Notes under the pieces: model-generated
The model's input: the letters and a program-made list of their open reading frames with translations, nothing else
Databases searched by the model: none
Told to the model about the DNA's origin: nothing
Part shown: positions 1 through 10,759 of the stretch, piece after piece
Layout of the letters: every line of letters begins with the position of its first letter
Numbering within the stretch: the stretch's first letter is position 1
Position numbers and translations under genes: made by a program
Assembly: GCA_963728205.1 (NCBI GenBank)
Contig: CAVSIV010000006.1
Location: 1,024,001 to 1,088,000 of the forward strand
Direction of reading: 5' to 3'
DNA from: an uncultured Chloroflexia bacterium
Lineage (GTDB): Bacteria; Chloroflexota; Dehalococcoidia; UBA2979
Length of the DNA stretch: 64,000 nucleotides

Positions 1-1
1 C

Positions 2-52
2 GTGTTCGCGCTCACGAGCGACGGCATCTCCGCGTTCCCGGCGCTGCCCTGA
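2..52 (+). CDS. 3' end of an upstream CDS (partial, product unknown)
   Basis: Open frame VFALTSDGISAFPALP* with GC3-rich codons entering from the window edge. Confidence 0.4.
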   Translation: MFALTSDGISAFPALP

Positions 53-101
53 CGCGGGCGGTGACCTGAACGAGAGCGGGCGTCGCGCTACGCTGGCGAC
101 C

Positions 102-1166
102 ATGCGCATCCTCGCGATCGAGTCCTCGTGCGACGAGACGGCCGCCGCCGTCGTGGCCGACGGCCGCCGGCTGCTCGCCGGCGTCGTGGCGTCGCAGAGC
201 GACCTGCACTCCGCGACCGGCGGCGTGGTGCCGGAGGTCGCGGCGCGCGCGCACCTGCGCGCGTTCGTGCCGGTGGTGCGGCGCGCGCTCGAGGAGGCGG
301 AGTGCGGGTGGGAGGACCTCGACGCGATCGCCGCCACCGTCGGGCCCGGGCTTCCCGGCGCGCTCGTCGTGGGGCTGAACGGCGCCCGGGGCATCGCGTT
401 CGCACGCGGGCTCCCGCTGATCCCGGTTGACCACATCGAGGGCCACGTCTGCGCGAACTGGCTCACCGGTCGCGGCGCGGAGCCGACGATCGCGCGCGGG
501 CGCGAGGCGCGCGACGCCCCCGGACTGGCAGTGGGCGACGAGGCGCCGGTGCCGCCGCTGCCGGCGCTGGCCGTGGTGATCTCCGGCGGGCACACGGAGC
601 TGCTGCTGATGGACGAGTCCGGCGCGTTCAGCCGGCTCGGCGGCACGCTCGACGACTCCGCCGGCGAGGCGTTCGACAAGGTCGCGCGGCTACTCGGCCT
701 GGGCTATCCCGGCGGGCCACCGGTGTCGCGGCTCGCGAACGAGGCGACGGACCGCACGCTGCGGCTACCGCGGGCGTGGCTCCCGAAGAGCGACGACTTT
801 TCGTTCTCGGGGTTGAAGACCGCGGTCCAGCAGGTGCTGCGCGAGGATGCGCCGTCGGCGGCCGAGGTGGCGTGGGCCTTCCAGGAGTCCGTGGCGGACG
901 TGATCTCGAAGAAGGCGGCGCGGGTGGCCGAGCGGGAAGGGGTGGCCTCCGTGCTGGTGGCCGGCGGCGTCGCCGCGAATCCGCGGATCCGGGAGCGCAT
1001 CATCGAGCGCTCCCCCGTTCCCGTCTTCATCCCGCCGCCGTCGCTGTGCACGGACAACGCGGCGATGATCGGAGCCGCGGCGTTCCGCCACCTCGACGCG
1101 GCGCGGCCGGCTGCGGAGACGCTGGACATCAGGCCAGTGGCGTACCGCTCGCGTCGTCCGCGTTGA
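102..1166 (+). CDS. tsaD: tRNA N6-adenosine threonylcarbamoyltransferase TsaD
   Basis: ILAIESSCDETAAA, GGVVPEVAARAH, HIEGH, SGGHT, GEAFDKVAR, CTDNAAMI motifs; TACGCT 7 nt before ATG. Confidence 0.96.
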   Translation: MRILAIESSCDETAAAVVADGRRLLAGVVASQSDLHSATGGVVPEVAARAHLRAFVPVVRRALEEAECGWEDLDAIAATVGPGLPGALVVGLNGARGIAFARGLPLIPVDHIEGHVCANWLTGRGAEPTIARGREARDAPGLAVGDEAPVPPLPALAVVISGGHTELLLMDESGAFSRLGGTLDDSAGEAFDKVARLLGLGYPGGPPVSRLANEATDRTLRLPRAWLPKSDDFSFSGLKTAVQQVLREDAPSAAEVAWAFQESVADVISKKAARVAEREGVASVLVAGGVAANPRIRERIIERSPVPVFIPPPSLCTDNAAMIGAAAFRHLDAARPAAETLDIRPVAYRSRRPR

Positions 1167-2292
1167 CGGGACCGGCCGGCGGCGGCCGGGAGCACGGGCA
1201 CTGGCCGCAGCCGCCGCGCTCGCACCACAGCTCCTGCAGATGGAGCAGCCCCTGGCTGTAGAGCGCGCCGTGGGCGGCGCGGGCGCCGAGCAGGCCGGCC
1301 AGCGCGCGCGTGCGGCCATACGGGCGCGGCGCCGGCCAGCGATCGGCGAGGCGTGCCGTGGCGCGCGCCAGCGGTCCGCGATCGTAGGCGGCGGCGAGCG
1401 CCATCAGGAGCGGAAGCGCCGCGTTCCAGCCGAGCTCGGCCGCGCGCCCGCGGCCGATGCCCGGAACTGCAGTTCCGCCCGGACCCGCGCGTACGCGCAG
1501 CGCATCGATCAGCGTGGACGGCTCTCCCGCCACCGCAAGGTCCGCGAGGCGTGCGACGGTGGCCGGACCGAGGCCGGCGTTGACGGCGGCGGCGAGGCCG
1601 GCTCGCGCGGCGGCGTCCTCGCGCCGCCGGCCGGCGCTCGAGCGCAGCGCGCGGTCCAGCAGGAACGCCCACGCACCCTCCCAGCCGAGCTCCGCCGCGA
1701 GGCGCGCGGCGCGCCACGCACGCTCGGCGAGCCGGCACCGTCCCTCGGCGCGCACGAGCGCGCGCGTGGCCTCCGGTCCCAGCGCCGCGGCGGCCGGCGC
1801 GCACGGCTCGCCGCCGGCCGGGCCGCGGCGCAGGCGCGCGCGGAGCCGCTCGGCGTCGTGCCCGAGCACCGGTCCCACCGCGACCGTGTGTGCCATGCCG
1901 CCGAGCGGCACCGGCGTGGGACGGCCGCGCTCCGCGAGCGGACGGTCGTCCTCCCACACCAGGTGCAGCAGCACGCCCGCGTACGCGGGATCCGCGGCAT
2001 GCCCGTGGTGGACGAAGTCCGACGCGCGGAGGTGGACCTCCACGTCGCCGCAGGCGACGACCCCTGACTCGAGGACGACGGCGGCCTCGCGCACGTCCGG
2101 TCCGGGGCCGCGGCCCGCGCGACCGGGACGCAGGACCGGGTCCGGCAGCAGGACCGTCGGCACACGCCCGAGCAGCCAGAGCGCGGTGAGCTCGCGCTCC
2201 TCCAGCGGCCCCGCGTCGGCGCCACCAGCCGGCACGGCGGGCCCGGTAGCCCGGCGTCGGTGGACGCGCCGCGGCCGCGACGGCCCGCTCAC
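1129..2292 (-). CDS. DUF2851-family protein
   Basis: GPD..A...GDVEVHLRASDF..HGH..DPAY..VLLHLVW motif and C-terminal QGLLHL..WC..GGCGQC; GTG start overlaps the upstream TGA (GTGA at 2289-2292). Confidence 0.78.
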   Translation of the reverse strand: MSGPSRPRRVHRRRATGPAVPAGGADAGPLEERELTALWLLGRVPTVLLPDPVLRPGRAGRGPGPDVREAAVVLESGVVACGDVEVHLRASDFVHHGHAADPAYAGVLLHLVWEDDRPLAERGRPTPVPLGGMAHTVAVGPVLGHDAERLRARLRRGPAGGEPCAPAAAALGPEATRALVRAEGRCRLAERAWRAARLAAELGWEGAWAFLLDRALRSSAGRRREDAAARAGLAAAVNAGLGPATVARLADLAVAGEPSTLIDALRVRAGPGGTAVPGIGRGRAAELGWNAALPLLMALAAAYDRGPLARATARLADRWPAPRPYGRTRALAGLLGARAAHGALYSQGLLHLQELWCERGGCGQCPCSRPPPAGPVNADDASGTPLA

Positions 2293-2705
2293 GGAGCGTG
2301 CCCCTGTGCGTCGTCCGCGCCCACCGAACGATCGGTGGCCGCCTCGTAGTACCCGGATTCCTCCGCGACGAGGTGGAGCAGCCGGCGCGACATCCGCCGC
2401 GGCCGGCTGCTCCCGGTCTCCCACTCCGACACGGTCTGCTGGCGCGTGCCGAGGCGGTCCGCAAACACCGACTGGCTCGCACCGAGGTGGCGACGCAGCC
2501 CGCGAACGTGCTCCGCGTCCCACGCGTCCCACGCGTCCGGGCCGCCCGGCGCCGCGCTCGCGGGGCGCCGCCCTGCCACGCCGGGGGCCGCAGCCGGACC
2601 CCGCTCCGAACCAACCGCCTCCGCGGAGTCCGCCGGATCCGGCGCGCCCGCGGAACCGCCCGCCGCCGTCACTCGCCGGGTTGCCTTCGCTGCCTGCCGT
2701 GCCAC
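2289..2705 (-). CDS. XRE-family helix-turn-helix protein
   Basis: VRGLRRHLGASQSVFADRLGTRQQTVSEWETGSSRP is a Cro/C1-type HTH; start uncertain. Confidence 0.8.
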   Translation of the reverse strand: MARQAAKATRRVTAAGGSAGAPDPADSAEAVGSERGPAAAPGVAGRRPASAAPGGPDAWDAWDAEHVRGLRRHLGASQSVFADRLGTRQQTVSEWETGSSRPRRMSRRLLHLVAEESGYYEAATDRSVGADDAQGHAP

Positions 2706-2802
2706 GAGCGCGTCTCCATCCAGCCCGGCCCGCGGGGTGGGTGAGATGCGCCCGGCACCGGCCTACCGGGCGCACCCGCCGCCAATCGACGGCCGGTTGA
2801 AC

Positions 2803-2820
2803 CTACACGAAAGCGTGTAG
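2803..2820. promoter_or_regulatory. Perfect inverted repeat, candidate operator
   Basis: CTACACG-aaag-CGTGTAG between the divergent XRE gene and groES. Confidence 0.45.
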
Positions 2821-2931
2821 TCTCCGACCACCGCCCCGTAGATTTGCGGGTCGGGTGCGGGCCTCCGGCGGTCACGACCGGTCCATGGACGCCGCCCCTG
2901 GAACCCCGTTCCGAATCTGCGACCGGCACGT

Positions 2932-2958
2932 CTAGCACTCTCCCATGAGGAGTGCTAA
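2932..2958 (+). promoter_or_regulatory. CIRCE element (HrcA operator)
   Basis: CTAGCACTC-N9-GAGTGCTAA, one mismatch to the TTAGCACTC-N9-GAGTGCTAA consensus, upstream of groES. Confidence 0.95.
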
Positions 2959-3040
2959 CATCGCGCCCGCCAAACACACCAAACAGGCTCGCGGCGTCGG
3001 GGGCGCGCGGGCCAACGCATAGCGCCAGGGAGGCTCTACG

Positions 3041-3373
3041 TTGGCGACGAAGGTTGTGCCGCTGACTGATCACATCGTGCTGCAGGCGGTCGAGGAAGAA
3101 GAGGTCACCGCATCGGGCCTCGTCATTCCCGACTCCGCCAAGGAGAAGCCGCAGCACGGTCACGTCGTGTCGGTCGGCCCGGGCAAGATGAACGACGCCG
3201 GCGTGGTCGAGACCATCGACCTGAAGTCGGGCGATCGCGTCCTCTACCAGAAGTACACGGGGCAGGAAGTCACCGTGGACAAGGAGGACTACATCGTCAT
3301 CCGCTTCCAGGACGTCCTCGCGAAGCTCGAGGACGGCGCCGCCGGCGCCACGAAGGGCAGCAAGAAGAAGTAG
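3041..3373 (+). CDS. groES: Co-chaperonin GroES
   Basis: PLTDHIV, TASGLVIPDSAKEKPQ.G.VV.VGPG; TTG start after AGGGAGG RBS. Confidence 0.97.
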   Translation: MATKVVPLTDHIVLQAVEEEEVTASGLVIPDSAKEKPQHGHVVSVGPGKMNDAGVVETIDLKSGDRVLYQKYTGQEVTVDKEDYIVIRFQDVLAKLEDGAAGATKGSKKK

Positions 3374-3496
3374 CCCCCTCCGGGCTCAGCAGCACGAGCC
3401 GCCGCCCCGGGGCGGCGGCTCCGTCTCGGCGCCGCCTCCGGGCGCGCGCAGCGGGACGGCGCAAGAGCGCCACACACAGGTCGCACACAAAGGTAG

Positions 3497-5125
<1,629 letters not shown>

Positions 5126-5150
5126 CGAGCCGCCGCTGGTTCGTCAACGG

Positions 5151-5177
5151 AACGGGCCGCCCTGGGGCGGCCCGTTT
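5151..5177 (+). terminator. Intrinsic terminator-like hairpin after groEL
   Basis: AACGGGCCGCCC / GGGCGGCCCGTT stem followed by T. Confidence 0.65.
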
Positions 5178-5374
5178 GCCGTCCATGCGCCGCAAGCGCG
5201 GGCTCGCAAACCTCTCGCCCGGTCTGTGCACGACGTTGCAGCGCCGTACCGATTCCGTATCGAAGTGTCGCCGGGCACCCGGATCTCAGGGTTTTCCCCG
5301 ACCCGATCCGCGGAGCGCGAGACGCATCCTGCCCGTTAGTTGGGCACGAGCCCTCGCGGACACGGAGATGCCCC

Positions 5375-5743
5375 ATGCTGCACGATTCGACCCTCGCCGT
5401 GGCCCCGTTCGAGGCCGCAACCGCCTCGAGCGCCCCGGGCGCCTGCCACTCGCCGCTGGGCCTGCGCGACCCTCTCGCGGCCGAGTTGCGGGACGGCGTG
5501 CTCCAGGACCTGCTCGCCGTCTCGATGCTGATCACGGCAGCTCGCAGCCCGCTCCATGGGGCGGGGTGTGAGCGCGCCGCCACGCTGCTGGACGACGCGC
5601 GCGCGATGCTGCAGGAGGATGTGGCACAGCTGCGCGGGGTGATCGGGGCGCTGGATCGCGCCGGCGCCGATCGATGGCGCGGTTGCGAGCGCGAGGAGCG
5701 GAGTGCGCGCACCCGGTACGCGGGCGATGCGATCAGCGGGTGA
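5375..5743 (+). CDS. Stand-alone HisKA_3-like dimerization domain, phospho-His replaced by Arg
   Basis: LAAELRDGVLQDL...A..LL..A...L......LR.VI..L matches the NarX/DesK H-box helix pair (ELHD..Q.L); GGAG RBS. Confidence 0.6.
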   Translation: MLHDSTLAVAPFEAATASSAPGACHSPLGLRDPLAAELRDGVLQDLLAVSMLITAARSPLHGAGCERAATLLDDARAMLQEDVAQLRGVIGALDRAGADRWRGCEREERSARTRYAGDAISG

Positions 5744-6041
5744 GCGGGTCCCGCTCGACCACGATGCCGCCGCCCAGCTCGACGGCGCGCAACGCAGGCC
5801 CCGCCTCGGCATCGACGCCGACGCGCTCCCAGCCGGCGGGATACGGCACCTCGCGCGAGCCGACGCGCCATGTCCCGCCGCTCGACCAGCGCTGAGCATT
5901 GAGCTCGTGCTCGTCGCAGAGCGCGGCTTCGCTGCCCGGATGCCACCACGTGGCGGGCGCCTCACAGGTGCCCTCGACGCAGCAACTTCCCTCGGCCGAC
6001 ACGGCCTGCTGACAGGTGCGGGGCCCGGCGTCGTCGCTCAT
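5733..6041 (-). CDS. Small Cys-rich hypothetical protein
   Basis: AGGGG RBS before MSDDAG; C..CC...C...WWHP...LCDEH; non-random composition for this GC content. Confidence 0.55.
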   Translation of the reverse strand: MSDDAGPRTCQQAVSAEGSCCVEGTCEAPATWWHPGSEAALCDEHELNAQRWSSGGTWRVGSREVPYPAGWERVGVDAEAGPALRAVELGGGIVVERDPLTR

Positions 6042-6151
6042 GTGCATCCCCCTGCGTGCGTCGTCGATCCCGCGCATCCTACACCGGGCGCGGCGGCGGG
6101 GCGGATCCCTCCGGGTACGCCGCGAGACACCCGGCGGGCCCGGCTGCGTCG

Positions 6152-6715
6152 CTAGGTGGCCGCGAGGCCGGCGCGGAACACGATGCGCTCCACCTCGGTG
6201 GGCAGCGCGTCGAGCGCGGCGTCCGCCGTGAGCACGTCGATCCCCGCGAGGAGCGCGTCGGGCTCCGGCTCGCCGGCCACCGTGACGGACACGGCGCGGA
6301 GCCAGCCGAGTCCCTCGACGCCGGTGCGCGGGTGTCGCATTCGCGCGGGCACGCGGACGGGCGCAACCCTGGGCGGAGCGGTCAGGCGCACACCCATGCG
6401 CGACGCGAGGAGCAGGCCGACCGCGTGCTCGAGGTCCTCGTCTTCCGCCGGCGGGTCGGTCGCCAGCAGCGCCGGGTGCGGCCAGTCCGGCCAGCGCGCG
6501 AGCAGGTAGTGGGGCGACGCCTCGTGACCTGCAACGTCCTGCTCGACGACGAGGAGGTAGCGTTCGGGGCGAGCGACCGTGCCGCCGCCGACGGAGCCCG
6601 GATCGGCCTGCTCGCCGGTCCGATTGATGTTGCCGGGCGCGAACCCGGGGCCGGGCGCGGGTGGGTTGGCCGTCGCTCGGGCGGGACCGCCGAGCGCGGC
6701 GCTACCCGGCTCCAT
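6152..6715 (-). CDS. Hypothetical protein (possibly degenerate NUDIX-like fold)
   Basis: Overlaps the end of the M16 peptidase gene; YLLVV...YLLARW...EDLEHAV.LL layout without the NUDIX REXXEE box. Confidence 0.55.
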   Translation of the reverse strand: MEPGSAALGGPARATANPPAPGPGFAPGNINRTGEQADPGSVGGGTVARPERYLLVVEQDVAGHEASPHYLLARWPDWPHPALLATDPPAEDEDLEHAVGLLLASRMGVRLTAPPRVAPVRVPARMRHPRTGVEGLGWLRAVSVTVAGEPEPDALLAGIDVLTADAALDALPTEVERIVFRAGLAAT

Positions 6716-7997
6716 GGCCGTCCACCGTGAGCGCGCCGTCGAGCGTGTCCTCGTCGGGGATCGGACCGACCACCGAGAGGTGGATGCCATCGTCACGGAT
6801 CACCCGGGTCGCGACGCGCTCCACGTCTTCGATCGTGACCGCGGCGCTGCGAGCGAGCGTCTGCTCGGGGGAGACCAGCGGCAGCTCGAGCACGGCCTGC
6901 GAGCCGTAGAGGGCCGACACCGCGCGCGAGTCCTCGATGCGTAGCAGCACGCGCGCGCGCGCGACGGCCTTCGCGCGCTCCAGTTCGTCGGCCGTGATGG
7001 GCTGGCGCGCGCGACACAGCTCCTTCGAGATCTCGCGCACTGCCGCGACGGCGTTGTCCGGGTCGACGCCGGCGTAGACGGCGAACATCCCGGTGTCGAG
7101 CAGATGGGCGAGGTAAGTGTGGATGTCGTAGCAGAGCCCGAGCTCCTCGCGGAGGCGTGCGAACAGCCGCGACGACATGCCCTCGCCAAGCACGACCGAG
7201 AGCAGGTCGAGCGCGTAGCGATCGGGGTCGTGCGCATCGAGCCCGGTCATGCCGATCGAGAGGTGCGCCTGCTCCGTGTCCTTCTGGAGCACGCGCGTGC
7301 GCGGCCCGCGCAGCGTCTCGATGTTGGGCACCCAGTTGCACGGCGTTCCGGAGCGCCAGTCTCCGGCGTATCGCTCGACCAGCGCGCGCGTCTGCTCGAC
7401 GTCGACGGCGCCGGCGATCGAGATCACCGCGGCGTTGGCGACGTACTGGCCGTGGTAGTAGGCGCGGATGAGATCGCGATCGAGGCTCGTCACCGACTGC
7501 GGGGTCCCCGCGATGTCGCGGCCATGCGGCTGGTCGGCCCAGAGCAGGGCATCGAGCTGGATGCCGGCCTGCTCCGCGGGCGAGTCCTCCACGGCGGCCA
7601 GCTCCTCGAGGATGACGCCGCGCTCCCGCTCGATCTCGTGATCGAGGCAGAGGGAGTTGCGGAGCATGTCGAGCAGCACATCGAGCGCGCGCTCCTGGTG
7701 CTCGGGCGTGACCTTCGCGTAGTAGACCGTGAGCTCGCGGTTCGTCGCCGCGTTGATCGTGCCGCCGATGGCGTCGATCTCGATAGAGACGTCGAGGGGC
7801 CGCGGACGGCGCTCCGTTCCCTTGAAGCAGATGTGTTCGAGGAAGTGAGCCACCCCGGCGTCCTCGGTGGTGTGCTCGAACCGCGAACCCGCCGCGAGGT
7901 ACACGGAGATCGCGACCGAGTGCGCGTGCGGCATCGGCGTGACGAGCAGCCGCAGCCCGTTCGGCAGCGTGGTCAGGCTCGGCGTCAGGTGCTCCAT
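6702..7997 (-). CDS. M16 (pitrilysin/insulinase) family zinc peptidase
   Basis: TLPNGLR, GVAHFLEH (inverted HxxEH), ERERGVILEE, LGEGMSSRLF..LREELGL.Y. Confidence 0.93.
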   Translation of the reverse strand: MEHLTPSLTTLPNGLRLLVTPMPHAHSVAISVYLAAGSRFEHTTEDAGVAHFLEHICFKGTERRPRPLDVSIEIDAIGGTINAATNRELTVYYAKVTPEHQERALDVLLDMLRNSLCLDHEIERERGVILEELAAVEDSPAEQAGIQLDALLWADQPHGRDIAGTPQSVTSLDRDLIRAYYHGQYVANAAVISIAGAVDVEQTRALVERYAGDWRSGTPCNWVPNIETLRGPRTRVLQKDTEQAHLSIGMTGLDAHDPDRYALDLLSVVLGEGMSSRLFARLREELGLCYDIHTYLAHLLDTGMFAVYAGVDPDNAVAAVREISKELCRARQPITADELERAKAVARARVLLRIEDSRAVSALYGSQAVLELPLVSPEQTLARSAAVTIEDVERVATRVIRDDGIHLSVVGPIPDEDTLDGALTVDGHGAG

Positions 7998-8134
7998 CGG
8001 GGTCCGTTCGGTGGGGGGAAGCAGTCGATCGTGTTCATGATCATCACACACAGACGACAGCGCGCGCCGCGCATTCTACGGTCACACCTCATGGGCGCAA
8101 TCGTCAGGTTCGATTCGCGCGCGGCCGCGCTCGT

Positions 8135-8779
8135 TCAGCTCTCGAGCCAGAGCACGTCGCCGTGCAACTCGGCGTCGTGGGGCTTGCCGGCGAACACCGC
8201 GTATTCGCGCTGAGACGCGCCAATCGTCGTGCCGGGTCCATGCCCGGGCAGCACGACCGTCGCCGCATCGAGCGTGTACAGCCGCTCGGTGATGGAGACG
8301 ATCTCCTGGTGGAGCGCCTCCGGCGTCCGGCTGTGTCCCGGGCCGCCCGGGAAGAGCGTGTCGCCTGTCAGGACCGCGCTCCCGACGTGCAGGCAGATGG
8401 AACCGGGCGTGTGCCCCGGCGTGTGAATCACCCGCATGCGGGCGTCTCCGACGTGGAGCGTCGCATCGTCCGCGAGCCGCTCCACGGGACGCGATGCCTC
8501 GATGTTCGTCTCGGCAGCGCCGACGCACACGGGCGCGTCGAGGCTCGCTCGCATCACGTCGTAGCCGCCCCAGTGATCGAAGTGCGAGTGCGTGATGACG
8601 ATGCGCTCGACCGGCGTCTCGCCGAGCGCTTCGAGCACCGCTTCGAACCCTTCCGGGACGTCCACGATCGTCACCGCACCCCCACCGGCGGGACGGAGGA
8701 TGTACGCGTTGTTCGCGAGGCGCCCGAGGGCCGGCAGCTCCTCGATCACCAGCCGGTCGTCAGCGTAGACCTCGGGCAT
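8135..8779 (-). CDS. MBL-fold metallo-hydrolase (glyoxalase II-like)
   Basis: THSHFDH, HTPGHTPGS, TGDTLFPGG, LPGHG. Confidence 0.9.
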   Translation of the reverse strand: MPEVYADDRLVIEELPALGRLANNAYILRPAGGGAVTIVDVPEGFEAVLEALGETPVERIVITHSHFDHWGGYDVMRASLDAPVCVGAAETNIEASRPVERLADDATLHVGDARMRVIHTPGHTPGSICLHVGSAVLTGDTLFPGGPGHSRTPEALHQEIVSITERLYTLDAATVVLPGHGPGTTIGASQREYAVFAGKPHDAELHGDVLWLES

Positions 8780-8838
8780 CGGTGCGTCTCCCTCACCATT
8801 ACGAGGCGAGCCTAGCAAATCCACCGGTGACGGCCGCG

Positions 8839-9834
8839 TCAGACGCCGGCACCATCGGTCACGTCCACCGGTGCCGTCCCCAGCCCGCAGCGGCCATCGT
8901 CGGTCCAGGCGAGCCCATCGGCGACCAGGCCCGCGAGCAGTCGGCGCGCGCGCAGGCGATCGTCGCCGAACGCGCCCAGCGCCCGCCAGAGCACGTCGAG
9001 CGGCACGCCGCGCCCGTCTGGGTGTGTCCGGCCTCGCGCCGTCACGTGCGGCGCGGCGTCGCGAAGGAGTTGCAGGATGCGACCACGCCATTGCCGGTCG
9101 GAACCCGCGAACACGCCCTGCGCGCGCACCGGCTCGGCCCGCTCGCCGGCGTCGAAGCGCGGCCGGGCGGCGCAGAGCGAGGCGACAACACACATGTCGC
9201 AGCGTGGCCGCGGCGTGCAGACACGCGCGCCGTAGTCCATCAACGCCGGGTTCCAGCGCGCCGCCGTGCCGGGCCGGAGGAGGCGAGCGCCCGCCTGCTC
9301 AACCGCCCGGGCCGGCGTGTCGCGCGCCGGCTGCAGATCGCCGAAGACCACGCGCCCGATCACCCGCACCACGTTCGTGTCGATCGCCACGGCGTCGTCG
9401 TCGAAGCCGAAGCAGCGGACGATCGCTGCCGTGAACGGTCCCACGCCGGGCAGCGCCAGCAGCGCGTCGGGGTCGCGGGGGACGACGCCCGCGTGCTCCG
9501 TCAGGCAGCGCCGCGCCGCCTCGTGCAGGGAGACGGCGCGGCGCGGGTAGCCGGCGCGCCCCCAGACGCGAAGCACGTCCGCGCGCTCCGCGGCGGCACA
9601 GGCATCGAGCGTCGGAAAGGCTGCCATCCAGCGCGCATACACGTCGAGGACGCGCGGCATCTGCGTCTGCTGCGCGCAAACCGCCGCGACCAGCGCCGCA
9701 TATGGGTCGGCCGCAGTACGCCAGGGGAACTCCTGGCGATGCTGGTCGTACCAGTCGAGCAACCGAGAGCGGATCAAACCGAGTCGACGGCCGGTCGGCA
9801 GCCGGCCGGCGATATCCGGCGGTGGTGCGGACAT
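8839..9834 (-). CDS. mutY: MutY-like HhH-GPD DNA glycosylase with 4Fe-4S motif
   Basis: WY....FPWR...DPY, QQTQ, GYPRRA, LPGVGPFTA, IDTNVVRV, ALMDYGARVC..PRC..C.....C; catalytic Glu position is Ala. Confidence 0.8.
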   Translation of the reverse strand: MSAPPPDIAGRLPTGRRLGLIRSRLLDWYDQHRQEFPWRTAADPYAALVAAVCAQQTQMPRVLDVYARWMAAFPTLDACAAAERADVLRVWGRAGYPRRAVSLHEAARRCLTEHAGVVPRDPDALLALPGVGPFTAAIVRCFGFDDDAVAIDTNVVRVIGRVVFGDLQPARDTPARAVEQAGARLLRPGTAARWNPALMDYGARVCTPRPRCDMCVVASLCAARPRFDAGERAEPVRAQGVFAGSDRQWRGRILQLLRDAAPHVTARGRTHPDGRGVPLDVLWRALGAFGDDRLRARRLLAGLVADGLAWTDDGRCGLGTAPVDVTDGAGV

Positions 9835-9860
9835 GTCCGAGAGCCTAGCCCCACACGGCG

Positions 9861-10667
9861 CTACGCGATGGGCAGCTCGCTTGTGCGGTTCCAATCGGCC
9901 CAGTGCGCCGGCGCCCCGTCGTCGGGCTCATAACCGAGCAGCGAACGCGCACGGTCGAGGGCGAAGATCTTGAAGTGGTTGTCCGACGTCGCATTCACGA
10001 TCGCGAAGCCGACTGCGTCGGGCGCGTCCAGGGCGCGCCCGACGAGCTGCGCGCAGTCGCGCTGGCTGAGCCAGAGCGAGAGGCCGAATGCCCCGTATCC
10101 ATGCTCACGAGGATCATCCCGCCGCATCACCCACCCGATCCGCAGGTGAATCGAGCTCACCCCGTATCGGTCGTGATACAGGCGGCCGAGGTGCTCGCCG
10201 AACGCCTTCGAAAGCCCGTACAGGCTGTCCGGACGAACGGGCATCTCCTCGGTCAGCAGCGGGTAGCCGACGGGGAGTGATCGCGCACTGCCGGCGATGA
10301 CCTGCCGCCACGGGTCCTCGAAGTAGTGCGCACCCATCACGTGGTTCGAGCTCGCGAACACCACGCGGGGTACCCCGGCACGTCGAGCCGCCTCGAACAC
10401 GTTGTGTGTACCCGTCAGGTTCCCGGCGCGCACCGATTCCCAGGGTGCACGCGGCGACGGGTCGGCCGCGAGGTGAACGACCGCGTCGACGCCGTCAAAC
10501 GCCGGCAGGATCGCGTCGAGATCTGCGATGTCGGCAACGGTGGACGGAATCCCGACTGCGGGTCGGCGGTCCAGCGAGCGAAGGTCGAAGCGACCACCGA
10601 GTCGCTCCGCAAGCACGGACCCAATCAGCCCGGCACCGCCCGTGATCAGCACTCGCACTACCGACAC
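9861..10667 (-). CDS. NAD-dependent epimerase/dehydratase (uronate dehydrogenase-like SDR)
   Basis: ITGGAGLIG, VHLAA, FASSNH, YGLSK; start could be 10658. Confidence 0.85.
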   Translation of the reverse strand: MSVVRVLITGGAGLIGSVLAERLGGRFDLRSLDRRPAVGIPSTVADIADLDAILPAFDGVDAVVHLAADPSPRAPWESVRAGNLTGTHNVFEAARRAGVPRVVFASSNHVMGAHYFEDPWRQVIAGSARSLPVGYPLLTEEMPVRPDSLYGLSKAFGEHLGRLYHDRYGVSSIHLRIGWVMRRDDPREHGYGAFGLSLWLSQRDCAQLVGRALDAPDAVGFAIVNATSDNHFKIFALDRARSLLGYEPDDGAPAHWADWNRTSELPIA

Positions 10668-10759
10668 GCTCGTCCTCGACTCCAGGTGCGCGGCGCCGTC
10701 GCGACGGTCCACCCGCGCTCGCCCGCTATCATCCCCTCGCGCGAGAGGACGCCGCCACC

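Noticed and set aside
704-2614. Many long Arg/Ala/Gly/Pro-rich ORFs in alternative frames across the window
   Set aside because: Composition is typical of off-frame translation of very GC-rich DNA
2900-2913. GGAAC-CCC-GTTCC as a LexA box upstream of groES
   Set aside because: The spacer is 3 nt rather than 4; CIRCE already explains regulation here
3396-3421. Perfect GC palindrome between groES and groEL
   Set aside because: Single copy with no U-tract; most likely an mRNA stability hairpin, not a repeat family
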